Below, piece after piece: positions 48,046-56,464 of a stretch of DNA of 64,000 nucleotides (the stretch's first letter is position 1; each line of letters begins with the position of its first letter). The position numbers and the translations under genes are program-made. Source of the DNA: Idiomarina sp. (lineage in GTDB: Bacteria > Pseudomonadota > Gammaproteobacteria > Enterobacterales > Alteromonadaceae); NCBI GenBank assembly GCA_022565355.1, contig JAIUMU010000003.1:119989-183988 (forward strand), read 5' to 3'. Below the pieces are notes generated by a model. The model saw only the letters and a program-made list of their open reading frames with translations. It was not told the DNA's origin and searched no databases.

Positions 48046-49512
48046 ATGGGTTCAATGATAATAAATAGACCCTTTTATATCAGTGACTGGTGCCGTGATT
48101 CACAGCTTTTAATGAATTTTTCACGGAAGTTAATCATAAATAGAAAAAAGTATCCGAATTTACTTGTGTGCCCACTTACAAAAGGACTTGTCGAAGTGAA
48201 AAAGCCAACTACAAAGACCTTACGATACTTACTAATCCGTCGGCGGTCTGCAATGAAGCAACTAAGACGACAGTTTAAAATAAAACGGAAAAGACATCTA
48301 AAGCAGGAGAAAAGCAATCTGGTTTTTGGTAATCGACTTCGCGAATATAACTACTATAAAAATTGTCACCAAAAAGTAGACGTTAGTAACCGCCAAAGAA
48401 GAACATCTATAATACTTCCTCAACAATTTTCAGCAGCACTGAATCCTGACGGAGTATTGTCTGTCCTGCACATGGCTTTATCCTGTTCCGATATACCGGA
48501 TGTGAAGCGTATCTTTATATCCCATGAAAAAGTTAAGAAGCACGACTTGGCGGCCGAAGTAATGCTATCGGCCCTCCTTTCAAGCATAAGATCCCACCGG
48601 GCTCAACCAAAGTTTAAAAATATCACATATGCTGGCCGCTTTTCTGGGAGCTCTCAAATAAACCGTTTGGTTCAGTCAATTGGAATTGTGAAAGATTTTG
48701 GAAGCGTTGACGCAAAAATTGATGCGCCGGCGGCGGAAAAAATAAAACTATTTAATGCTTCGGGTATTTTTTACGAAAAGAAGAGTGCTTATTCGACCGA
48801 TAGAAAGACCCGGGTAACCGCGAGACTGGTGTCGCACATCGATGAAACACTAAACACTTCAGAACTTTCTCTTGCTCAACGCCCAAAAAGTGATTTGCGA
48901 AAGTATATAGGTGAGTTGCTAGATAATGCAGAATCACACTCTGGCGACTCACTATGGCATGCTTATGCGTATTTAGACGAAGGATTTATCTCCTCCGAGA
49001 GTAAGTCGGAAATCGTAGTTGTTAGTTATGGGAACTCCATATCAGATACTTTCAAAGAAAAAAGAAACGTTCCAAAAGTATGGGGGCAGCTCTGGAAGCT
49101 CGTAGAACATCACCGCGGCAAGATAGCTGACGACATCTTAATTTCAATATCTGCACTTACCCATCTAGTGTCTAGCAAGAAGGATATTGATAACAGTAGA
49201 GGTACGGGAACGCGAGAAGTTTTAAGGCTATTTAAGAATATTGCTGAAGCTTGGTCCAAAGAAACGAATAGACAGGCGTCAAAATTTGCCCCCGTATTGA
49301 CAATCATCACTGGTAACGTCTTTTTACAAATCGTTGCTGAACATGTAATTGCACACGATATCAGCGACAAAACCAAGGTTTTACCATTCAATGATGAGCA
49401 GGATCCGCACCTTCTTCCTAGCGAAAAGTATGCAAGAGAGCTAAAATACAGATTCCCTGGTACCATCGTAAGCATTCGCTTCCCTTACACTAAAAGCCTG
49501 ATTAATAACTAA
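48046..49512 (+). CDS. GHKL (HATPase_c)-like ATPase/kinase, SpoIIAB/RsbW-like core
   Basis: N-box-like YIGELLDNAESHSG and a G-box-like DNSRGTGTREV. Very basic N-terminus. Start uncertain, with an alternative ATG at 48253. Confidence 0.45.
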   Translation: MGSMIINRPFYISDWCRDSQLLMNFSRKLIINRKKYPNLLVCPLTKGLVEVKKPTTKTLRYLLIRRRSAMKQLRRQFKIKRKRHLKQEKSNLVFGNRLREYNYYKNCHQKVDVSNRQRRTSIILPQQFSAALNPDGVLSVLHMALSCSDIPDVKRIFISHEKVKKHDLAAEVMLSALLSSIRSHRAQPKFKNITYAGRFSGSSQINRLVQSIGIVKDFGSVDAKIDAPAAEKIKLFNASGIFYEKKSAYSTDRKTRVTARLVSHIDETLNTSELSLAQRPKSDLRKYIGELLDNAESHSGDSLWHAYAYLDEGFISSESKSEIVVVSYGNSISDTFKEKRNVPKVWGQLWKLVEHHRGKIADDILISISALTHLVSSKKDIDNSRGTGTREVLRLFKNIAEAWSKETNRQASKFAPVLTIITGNVFLQIVAEHVIAHDISDKTKVLPFNDEQDPHLLPSEKYARELKYRFPGTIVSIRFPYTKSLINN

Positions 49513-49523
49513 GGTAGGATATC

Positions 49524-49853
49524 GTGACATCCGTTAAAAGTATCGATATAACAACAGTTTCATCAGCTCCGGACGGGGTTTATGTTGGACGAGACAACGG
49601 CGAAGCTACCAGAAAAGCTATAATGCAGGATAAGAACATTAACTTAATGGATAAAGATATACGAGTTCGATTCGTATTCCCTAGAACTGCCGAAACTATA
49701 ACGACCTCATTCTTTTTGGGAATGTTATCTCAAAGTATTTATAACTTTAAAACTAAAGAGGACTTCCTGAAGCATTTCCAGTTTGATGCTAATGAGTACT
49801 TAATGGAAGACATCCACCAAGGCATTGATGATGCGTTTGATTCGTTGGATTAA
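49524..49853 (+). CDS. STAS-like (DUF4325-type) protein
   Basis: 109 aa. IRVRFVFPRTAETITTSFFLGML matches the DUF4325 pattern v.ldF.gv..is.SF. It starts 11 nt after the ATPase gene. Confidence 0.5.
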   Translation: MTSVKSIDITTVSSAPDGVYVGRDNGEATRKAIMQDKNINLMDKDIRVRFVFPRTAETITTSFFLGMLSQSIYNFKTKEDFLKHFQFDANEYLMEDIHQGIDDAFDSLD

Positions 49854-49855
49854 AA

Positions 49856-50428
49856 ATGACTGATCGCTATATGAAAATTTCAGGGGATTTATTTTTGTCG
49901 GAAGAAATGCTTTTAAGTCTTCTTACAGCAAAGAGTGGCCCCAACGATTGGGTGTTCTTTCTTGCGCCTGCTGCTTCATTAATAATTGTATCCGTTTCGG
50001 TTATCATTTTCCTATTTACTGAACGAAACAAGAAAAGAGAGTTTCAGAAAAACCAGTCTAATAACCTTTGGTTCAAAGAGGTTATATTCAATGACAATAT
50101 AAAACCATTCTTTGATTACCTGCTTAAAGCGCACACTTTAACAACTAAAGCTAGGGGTACTGGACTGAATTCAGATGAATTCAATGCCCTTAAAACTCAC
50201 CTCATCCGCGAGTACCGTAAAGTTAAACACGGCCTAATCATTTGCAAGAACCTCCCTGGTTTCCACGAACCTATAAACGCTGTCATCGCAAAGTCTGAGA
50301 GCACACGCGATAGACACTTAATGTGGACTCGAAAGATAGATAGCTACTCACCCACTGAAACTTTCATCGATCTATATACTGAAAGTTTTAAAAGGCTAAC
50401 CGATGCCCATCTTGATAGTCTCACCTAA
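49856..50428 (+). CDS. single-pass membrane protein, unknown function
   Basis: 190 aa with one TM helix (WVFFLAPAASLIIVSVSVIIFLF). 2-nt gap from the STAS-like gene. Confidence 0.55.
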   Translation: MTDRYMKISGDLFLSEEMLLSLLTAKSGPNDWVFFLAPAASLIIVSVSVIIFLFTERNKKREFQKNQSNNLWFKEVIFNDNIKPFFDYLLKAHTLTTKARGTGLNSDEFNALKTHLIREYRKVKHGLIICKNLPGFHEPINAVIAKSESTRDRHLMWTRKIDSYSPTETFIDLYTESFKRLTDAHLDSLT

Positions 50429-50717
50429 AGAAACCTAGTTTCATTTAATCAGACGGTGTTCAGGATGATTTCGAAACGGTAGGAATAAGCCCCACAGTGT
50501 TGAAATTTGTCTACATCAAAAGTCAGGTTTTTTCGCCAAACTAAATTTTTTTGTCGCGGCTAAAGGTCAAAAAATTGTGCTTGGAAAACACATGTATGTG
50601 CCACTATTTTGCATAGAATGATCTAAATCGGGGTGAAATATGAAAGGGGAATACTACTGAATGCCTCGTAAGGCCCTGTTTTTACTATATATACCGATTG
50701 ACCCCCAACTACCCTTC

Positions 50718-50766
50718 CGCCCTCCGGAGGCGGAGGCCAGAGGTTCGAATCCTCTCGGGTGCGCCA
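50718..50766 (+). repeat. 49-bp direct repeat of the tRNA-Arg 3' part (attR of island 1)
   Basis: cgccctccggaggcggaggccagaggttcgaatcctctcgggtgcgcca is identical to 14777-14825. It starts in the anticodon stem. Confidence 0.9.
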
Positions 50767-50774
50767 GAACGTTA

Positions 50775-50800
50775 AAACCCACCTATCATGGTGGGTTTTT
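50775..50800 (+). terminator. rho-independent terminator directly after the displaced tRNA 3' fragment
   Basis: Stem aaacccacc / ggtgggttt, loop tatcat, followed by a T-run. Its position suggests it is the native tRNA terminator. Confidence 0.6.
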
Positions 50801-50923
50801 GCGTTTTTGTGCCCGGGAGATGAGAAACTCTCTAGGTTCGACAAAACGGCAGGATAGCCGTTTTGGGCGTGCGAGCAACGCGAGAACGCCCCGAAGGGGT
50901 GAGCGCCATGGATGGCGCGAATC

Positions 50924-50956
50924 AATCCTCTCGGGTGCGCCATCAAAGGCTATCAG
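50924..50956 (+). repeat. short repeat of the last about 22 nt of tRNA-Arg plus island-left-end sequence
   Basis: aatcctctcgggtgcgcca is followed by tcaaaggctatcagc. At 14826 the intact tRNA is followed by tcaaaggcttacagc, a 13/15 match. Confidence 0.75.
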
Positions 50957-51268
50957 CCAAACCCTTCAGTTAAATAATTCGAACTACACCGCACTTCCAA
51001 AATCACGGCCTTGACCTTCGTTCGAAAATTGAATTTTAGCACTATTATTTCGCTGGGACCGTCATGGGACCATTCTGGGACCAAAAAATTCGAGAGCAGT
51101 TTCTTCATTCAATAATTCGACCTCTAGCCCAAAGTCTCCAAGATTTTATTTTCGAGCTATGTGATATATCTATAACTATCAGGCCTTACCAATAATCTGC
51201 GTATTCATTAGGGTCATCCTCATCTTCTGTAGCACTATAAGTACCCATTCGGCTTTGCTCAAAACTTC

Positions 51269-51838
51269 TTATACTTTGCTCAAAAAAAAGCCGAATGATG
51301 AATTAGAACTATCAGTAACTTTGTAATGCGCTTCATATTCTATTTCGGCTCGGTCAAGCGCTGAAATTAAATCGAGTTCATTTACGGAAAACGTAGTATG
51401 AGTACATGAGGTTGATTTAGTGGCCGGTCCAAAATAAACACAGAAAGTATATCTTTGAACTTCACCAAACTCTTCTGTGTTCAACTTTTCTCCACGTGGT
51501 TTTAGGGAAAAGCTTCTAGGGCTTTCCCTAGTGAAATACTTGATGGCACTAATTAAACCATTGACTCGTTCTTCCGTAGTTGTGAACCTTCCGTCTCTTC
51601 GGCTAGTTAGAAAGGATCTGTAGAATTCCTTTTCTTGAGTTTCCTGAGACGCGGTTGAAGTTTCTAATTCATCGGTATGAAACGAGAGATGGTAATTACC
51701 GTTAACATCGATCGACACTTGGATTGGATCTTTGTGATTAAAATCGAGATCTTCAATTTCCGTAGATGCGTTTGCAGCCAAAGGCGATGTTGCCAATAAG
51801 GAGGCTAGAATGAGAGATTTCATAATTATTAATTTCAT
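51269..51838 (-). CDS. secreted hypothetical protein
   Basis: 189 aa with a signal peptide (SLILASLLATSPLAANA). Confidence 0.55.
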   Translation of the reverse strand: MKLIIMKSLILASLLATSPLAANASTEIEDLDFNHKDPIQVSIDVNGNYHLSFHTDELETSTASQETQEKEFYRSFLTSRRDGRFTTTEERVNGLISAIKYFTRESPRSFSLKPRGEKLNTEEFGEVQRYTFCVYFGPATKSTSCTHTTFSVNELDLISALDRAEIEYEAHYKVTDSSNSSFGFFLSKV

Positions 51839-51995
51839 ATTATTTCCTTATATTTCATCTGCTTATAAATATTCAGTTACAAAGCCCTTTTCTCTTTTAA
51901 GAATGTAAATCCGCTGTCGCTTGAGTATGGTGAGGCCTGATTATTCTAGACACTTTCTAGTTACTCAAAATACTCACGTTACCAATCGGGTAAAT

Positions 51996-53315
51996 TCATT
52001 CGATCAGAAGTCGACGTTTACGCTCAAGCATACCTTCAAAAATAGGAGTCGAAACGCGCATCGGAAAATCATCCGGCAAATCGTTTTTCACTCGTTCAAT
52101 AACATCATCCACTTTATTGCATAGGGTGGTGATAATTTCGCTCATTCGGCTCGGGCTGAATTCAGCGTCTCTTGCGGTATTTAAAAAATGCCGCCGAAAA
52201 ATTTGATAGATACGCCATTTCTTTCCACTCGACCCTCGCAAGCTCATCGCAAGTTTTAAATCACGAATATTCAGGCCGCTTCCGCCTATTGCAGTGTAAG
52301 CAGAAGTGATGTCATAAAGCGGTGTTAACCGGTAGGCACCAAAGGGCTCTATGTGCACAGAGAAGTTCTTCGCATGCCCATCGGTTGCGCCTAAGAGAAA
52401 AAATAGCACCTGCGCTGCCATAAAAGTTTCACGATCGCGCGTAGGCTCAGAAGAGCCCTGAAGGTGTTTCATAATTTTGGCAGTCGTTGGTCCGTTATCC
52501 GATTCGTATTTTCTAGCAGAGGGCAAACCCAGTATCTGACAGTAATCTTCTTGAGGAAGTCTCATTAGCCACGAGTGATCTGGGGAATACTTACGATCGA
52601 AGCGCTCAATGGCGAGGGCTTTAATAGTTGGCGTGGTAATCACTTCACAATCAGGCGCATCAAAACCAAATGCTTTTGCAATTCTTAGGCACAACATTTC
52701 ATTCTCAACGCTATCAGTCAGGTCAATCGTGTGATCATGGCTTTGGATCTTCCCAATAGGAAGCTTAATGATGTGCGTAGTTGGGGTGTTCCCTTTTGGA
52801 AGACACCATGCATTGCCTATTTTTAGCAGGGCTGTTTTTTCCTGAGCGCCGGCAATTGAAATTCTAAAATCGTCTAGCTCCCGCAACATGCCCAAAGGTG
52901 CCTTGGATTGATAACCTTTTAAAATTCTCTCTAATTTGTCTTCGGTGAGTCTTTCATATTCCAGTTCATGAACGCTCCCTAGGTCTTCGTTTTCGGGAAC
53001 GAACTGCAATGCACCTATACTATCTTTTCCAATCGTCGAGAGTAGGTCAAAAGCTTGGTCGGAGTCGGCTTGATAGCGGGCAACAATTCTGTCTCTAATT
53101 TCTTCATTGTCGGGCAGTAAGTTATCAAAAAAGTTAATGACCTCCCGTCCTGAGTATTCGTCGTGCCTTAACGGCATCGACAAAGAAATTGGACGCGCTC
53201 CCACTTTGATAATCCAGCTCTTATCGTAACAGAACGTATGAGCGCCGGAATCACTTCGTCTCAAGTAGCCTACGCAGTAGCCGTTCATGTAAATAGCGAG
53301 TGTACTCATTACCAA
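51996..53315 (-). CDS. hipA: type II toxin HipA-family serine/threonine kinase
   Basis: 439 aa with a HipA N-terminal coupling-domain pattern (LAIYMNGYCVGYL...FCYDKSW) and a kinase core (DGHAKNFS). Overlaps hipB by 7 nt. Confidence 0.9.
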   Translation of the reverse strand: MVMSTLAIYMNGYCVGYLRRSDSGAHTFCYDKSWIIKVGARPISLSMPLRHDEYSGREVINFFDNLLPDNEEIRDRIVARYQADSDQAFDLLSTIGKDSIGALQFVPENEDLGSVHELEYERLTEDKLERILKGYQSKAPLGMLRELDDFRISIAGAQEKTALLKIGNAWCLPKGNTPTTHIIKLPIGKIQSHDHTIDLTDSVENEMLCLRIAKAFGFDAPDCEVITTPTIKALAIERFDRKYSPDHSWLMRLPQEDYCQILGLPSARKYESDNGPTTAKIMKHLQGSSEPTRDRETFMAAQVLFFLLGATDGHAKNFSVHIEPFGAYRLTPLYDITSAYTAIGGSGLNIRDLKLAMSLRGSSGKKWRIYQIFRRHFLNTARDAEFSPSRMSEIITTLCNKVDDVIERVKNDLPDDFPMRVSTPIFEGMLERKRRLLIE

Positions 53316-53584
53316 TCCTCACTCCATTTGGCATCGGGCAACACAGAGTTAGAATCATCCTTCAAATCATTGCTATTTTTAGGTTTTACTGACAGCTCAA
53401 GCTCTAAAGCTGATAGTAAACGAAATAAAGTATCAAGCTGCATTTTCTCTGGCATTGATTCAAATTTAGAAACCGTTCCTTGCCTAAGCCCAACTAAATC
53501 ACCAACCTTGGCTTGACTCAGGCCGCGAGTTCTTCGTTTATCTCGTATGTAGTTTGATAATGCTTTGGGATCAGTAATTTTCAT
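53309..53584 (-). CDS. hipB: HipB-like XRE-family antitoxin
   Basis: 91 aa with HTH GLSQAKVGDLVGLRQGTVSKFE, immediately upstream of hipA. Confidence 0.85.
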   Translation of the reverse strand: MKITDPKALSNYIRDKRRTRGLSQAKVGDLVGLRQGTVSKFESMPEKMQLDTLFRLLSALELELSVKPKNSNDLKDDSNSVLPDAKWSEDW

Positions 53585-53619
53585 TGCGCTCTCTTTATAA
53601 GCGAGTTCATATAAACCTT

Positions 53620-53697
53620 ATTTTAGACGCACTTGCGTATAAGTCAACATTCATACGCAAGTGCGTATGAATACGATTTTATACGTGAATGCGTATA
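53620..53697 (-). promoter_or_regulatory. hipBA promoter with three TATACGCA-N2-TGCGTATA-type operator palindromes
   Basis: On the minus strand: TTGACT (53642-53647), 16-nt spacer, TAAAAT (53620-53625). Palindromes at 53624-53641 (7/8), 53651-53670 (perfect 9+2+9: tcatacgca-ag-tgcgtatga) and 53680-53697 (6/8). Confidence 0.55.
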
Positions 53698-53925
53698 GAT
53701 AATATTTGATATGGATTCGCGTATAATAATTACAAACGGAAGGAGTTTCGGAGAATACCGATGCGCGGCTAAAGGTCAAAAGCTCGACTTTTTGAAACCG
53801 CTTTATGTGACACAATTTTGCATAGAACGATCTAAAGTGGGGTGAAATACCGGTGAAACGATCTTTAAAAATCATCTTAAACTACTGTTTTTAATGAATA
53901 TACCGATTTGCCCCTGCTATCCTTT

Positions 53926-53981
53926 CCGCACTCCGGAGGCGGAGGCGGAGGTCAGAGGTTCAAATCCTCTCGGGCGCGCCA
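53926..53981 (+). repeat. degenerate tRNA-Arg 3' fragment (outermost att scar)
   Basis: ccgcactccggaggcggaggcggaggtcagaggttcaaatcctctcgggcgcgcca. It resembles the tRNA 3' part, with several substitutions and a 6-nt ggaggc duplication. Confidence 0.75.
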
Positions 53982-54020
53982 TCCAACATGTTCTGTGTAT
54001 ACGAAGTTTAACTTAGAGCG

Positions 54021-54464
54021 CTACCAGCAAGGGAACCTGCGATCGGCGACTCTCGCGAAAAACTCAGGGGAAATCTCACGAGACTCACATACATCCTGCC
54101 ACGTGTGATATGAAACAGATTGAAGCTTAGATTCGGCGCATGAGCCAACAGCACGCTCGTTAAACCAAGAAAGGAGCTCTCGCCTTACATCGAATTCCTC
54201 AATTCGAGCAGTTAAATCTGCTTCATCTGCTCGCAACTGCCGATTGTTCTCGTTATGAACCTTAACGAGGTCATCATGGGCATGAATTCTCGCCATGCAC
54301 TCTGGACTCCTAGTGTTGCAATTAGTAACTTCGCGTCCTTCACGAAGTAAGCGCCGACTATCGCGTTCAACTTGCTCCCTGCGCTTAGCTAATTCTTGGC
54401 GTTCTGCTGTTAAATCGCGTCGCTCGTCCATATTTCGCTCGTATTGGAATTCATAACTTTGCAC
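54021..54464 (-). CDS. hypothetical coiled-coil protein, 5' end probably frameshifted
   Basis: The frame stays open upstream to 54602 and encodes a signal-peptide-like VAWVFFGCLSWLSFANA, but with no in-frame start. A strong AAGGAGG+ATG (about 54577-54592 on the minus strand) is out of frame by one nt. Confidence 0.45.
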   Translation of the reverse strand: MQSYEFQYERNMDERRDLTAERQELAKRREQVERDSRRLLREGREVTNCNTRSPECMARIHAHDDLVKVHNENNRQLRADEADLTARIEEFDVRRELLSWFNERAVGSCAESKLQSVSYHTWQDVCESREISPEFFARVADRRFPCW

Positions 54465-54753
54465 ATGATTTAAGCACTGAACTGCATATTGTCGGCTATC
54501 ATCACCGCCCGCATTTGCAAACGATAACCACGAAAGACAGCCGAAAAATACCCATGCTACGGAATAGATTTGGTAATGGCCATAACACCCCTCCTTTAGT
54601 TAAACTTAGCAACACAAAGCCACTTGCGCCATGAAAATACTCTATCGTGTTGACTACTAACCTCTGGATAAACTTCTGTTGAAGTACTCAAACGGGTTCA
54701 TATATATAGCGCCATTGCGAAAGCGAGTTTAGATTTCCTTAGCTTCACATTCA

Positions 54754-55170
54754 CTAGTAATCTCCTTTTACGTAGTACCAACGATCATTCTCAAACACAA
54801 AATCAGATTTCTCTGCGAGCATGCCGAGCTCATCTCCTACTTTGTAGAAGGCGCGAAAGTGCACAAACCCCTTTTTGCCACGCTGCCACGATTCCAATAC
54901 CTCAAGCTTTAACCATTGCGGGTTATCATCTAACTGCAAACTTGGCTTAGTACTCGGATGCCATGTTTGCTTGAGGTAATCCGCCATGCCGAGTGCAAAC
55001 GCACTATACCGCGAGCGCATTAATTGCTCGGGTGTTGCAGGGGTTGCCCCACCATGGAATAACCCACAGCACTTTCTATAAGCTGCTCCACTGCCGCAAG
55101 GGCATGTATTATCCGGGTTTGCATCGCCAGAATTCTCATTGTTATTGTCATCTCGTTGACTCATAACCAT
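54754..55170 (-). CDS. ychJ: YchJ-family (UPF0225, SEC-C motif) protein
   Basis: The CPCGSGAAYRKCC SEC-C metal-binding motif is followed by an NTF2-like region. The likely start is 55164. Confidence 0.85.
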   Translation of the reverse strand: MVMSQRDDNNNENSGDANPDNTCPCGSGAAYRKCCGLFHGGATPATPEQLMRSRYSAFALGMADYLKQTWHPSTKPSLQLDDNPQWLKLEVLESWQRGKKGFVHFRAFYKVGDELGMLAEKSDFVFENDRWYYVKGDY

Positions 55171-55296
55171 TCCTATTTATTCATCGCTTTTTTTCGCAGG
55201 CATGTTCCCTAGCCCCATCTGCGACTTGTTCTAAGGTAGCAAAAACAAAAGCGGAGGCAAATGCCTCCGCTTTATAATACTTAACCAGATCTACTT

Positions 55297-56433
55297 TTAA
55301 AAAGCGTATTGAGCTCGTAACGCAAATGCTTTTGGCTTCTCATCACCTGCGATGCCGTCTTTAATATCCGAGAAAATAATGTTCGCCATAAAACGAACAC
55401 TGCTACTCGCATAGTAATTTAAGCCTAGAGTAATGTTGCTTTGTTCACCACCAATAATAGCGCCATCGGAAAGGTTGGTTTGGCTAAAACGTGCCGCAAC
55501 TTCCCATGCACCTTTTCCGCTTGGGGTAACGCCACGGAAGTTACCACCACGATAACCACGTTTTTCACCGGTAAGCACATAACTCGCTTGCACGTGGAAC
55601 CCATCAAAGGTTACATCTGGGTTGCCGCTACGATTTACTGAGTTGGAAAGGTACTCAGCTTCCACCGAGAAAGGCCCAGATTGATATGCGGCTTCCAAAC
55701 CAAGCTTCAAGGTTGAATCTACATCAGCAATGCTGCCCGTATCAATTAAGCGAATATCAGCTGGGCGAACCTCTGGGCGGTCGCGATAACGGAGTGAATT
55801 GAAATCACCGCGATCTTCTGCAGCAACTGAAACACCTAAATGCAAGAGCTGATCATCAGCTACCGCTGGGTTAAACACTAAACGGCCAGCAACACCCATA
55901 GGTGAATCACTGCCCGAATTCGCTCCTGAAGGTCGTTCACCGCCGATGCTACGAGTGTAAACCATTGATTGGAACAAAACGTTATCCATTGAGCGGGCAT
56001 AATGAACACCTAAACGGCGGCTATCGGCTGTAATATTGCTGTTTGATGCACGCTCCATAAAGGTAATCGCGTTTGAGCTAGTTAACTCATTCAAACCCAT
56101 CGGAACCTTTACTTGGCCAATCGTTAACGTACCGTTTGCTAGGGAGCGACGAACGAAAACATCATTCGCACTGGTACCATTCTCGGAAAAATCATATTCA
56201 ATTTGGAATGACCAGGTGTCGTCTAGTTTTCCAGACATACCCAAACGCGTTCTTCGCATTGCCGTTGCATTACCTAATTCCGTAACATCTGAATCGTATG
56301 TAGCTGTATCTAAATGCATACGACCGCGCACTTCTATGTCTTTAGCTTCTGCAACTCCAGAAGCACACGCTATAGCAATGAATGTAGCCACCGCAGATAA
56401 TTTCAGGTTTGTGTTCATAATTGGTTCCATCAC
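55297..56433 (-). CDS. OprO/OprP-like phosphate-selective porin
   Basis: 378 aa with a signal peptide and beta-strand-alternating sequence ending in aromatic ...AQYAF. Pho boxes lie upstream. The start may be the internal ATG at 56418. Confidence 0.75.
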   Translation of the reverse strand: MMEPIMNTNLKLSAVATFIAIACASGVAEAKDIEVRGRMHLDTATYDSDVTELGNATAMRRTRLGMSGKLDDTWSFQIEYDFSENGTSANDVFVRRSLANGTLTIGQVKVPMGLNELTSSNAITFMERASNSNITADSRRLGVHYARSMDNVLFQSMVYTRSIGGERPSGANSGSDSPMGVAGRLVFNPAVADDQLLHLGVSVAAEDRGDFNSLRYRDRPEVRPADIRLIDTGSIADVDSTLKLGLEAAYQSGPFSVEAEYLSNSVNRSGNPDVTFDGFHVQASYVLTGEKRGYRGGNFRGVTPSGKGAWEVAARFSQTNLSDGAIIGGEQSNITLGLNYYASSSVRFMANIIFSDIKDGIAGDEKPKAFALRAQYAF

Positions 56434-56464
56434 AGGTTGAGTAAGAGTTACAGGAAGCTATTAA

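Larger units (their letters stand above)
14826..50766 (+). mobile_element. about 36-kb integrative genomic island at tRNA-Arg, composite, non-conjugative, non-phage
   Basis: Bounded by the intact tRNA (attL side) and a 49-bp perfect direct repeat of the tRNA 3' part at 50718-50766 (attR side). It contains a tyrosine integrase, xis/AlpA-like genes, R-M and other defence-type cargo, and pseudogenes. Composition is more AT-rich than the flanks. Confidence 0.8.
50924..53981 (+). mobile_element. about 3-kb degenerate islet (hipBA cargo) related to island 1
   Basis: Its left end resembles the island-1 left junction. Its right end has an arm of about 165 bp homologous to 50541-50717, followed by a degenerate tRNA-Arg 3' fragment. 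Confidence 0.6.

Noticed and set aside
14826-50766. Possibility that the island is a prophage or an ICE
   Set aside because: I could recognise no capsid, tail, terminase, portal or lysis genes, and no relaxase, T4SS or coupling-protein genes. It is best described as a non-autonomous integrative island.
50801-50923. GC-rich stretch with small hairpins (ccccgaagggg, gcgccatggatggcgc) ending in the tRNA 3' end, considered as a possible second tRNA or small RNA
   Set aside because: No acceptor-stem 5' partner (gcacccg) or D arm is present, so it does not fold as a tRNA. I cannot support an ncRNA call from sequence alone.
50623-51014. 107-aa (minus) and 117-aa (plus) ORFs
   Set aside because: They run through the tRNA 3' fragment, the terminator hairpin and the second att repeat. 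The region is non-coding att and scar DNA.
53651-53875. 74-aa minus-strand ORF
   Set aside because: It covers the hipBA operator palindromes and the conserved island right arm. It is better explained as regulatory and att DNA.
53931-53952. ggaggc tandem copies that look like a micro-repeat array
   Set aside because: This is a 6-nt slippage duplication inside the degenerate tRNA fragment. It is not a CRISPR or a functional repeat array. No CRISPR-like spaced repeats were seen anywhere in the window.
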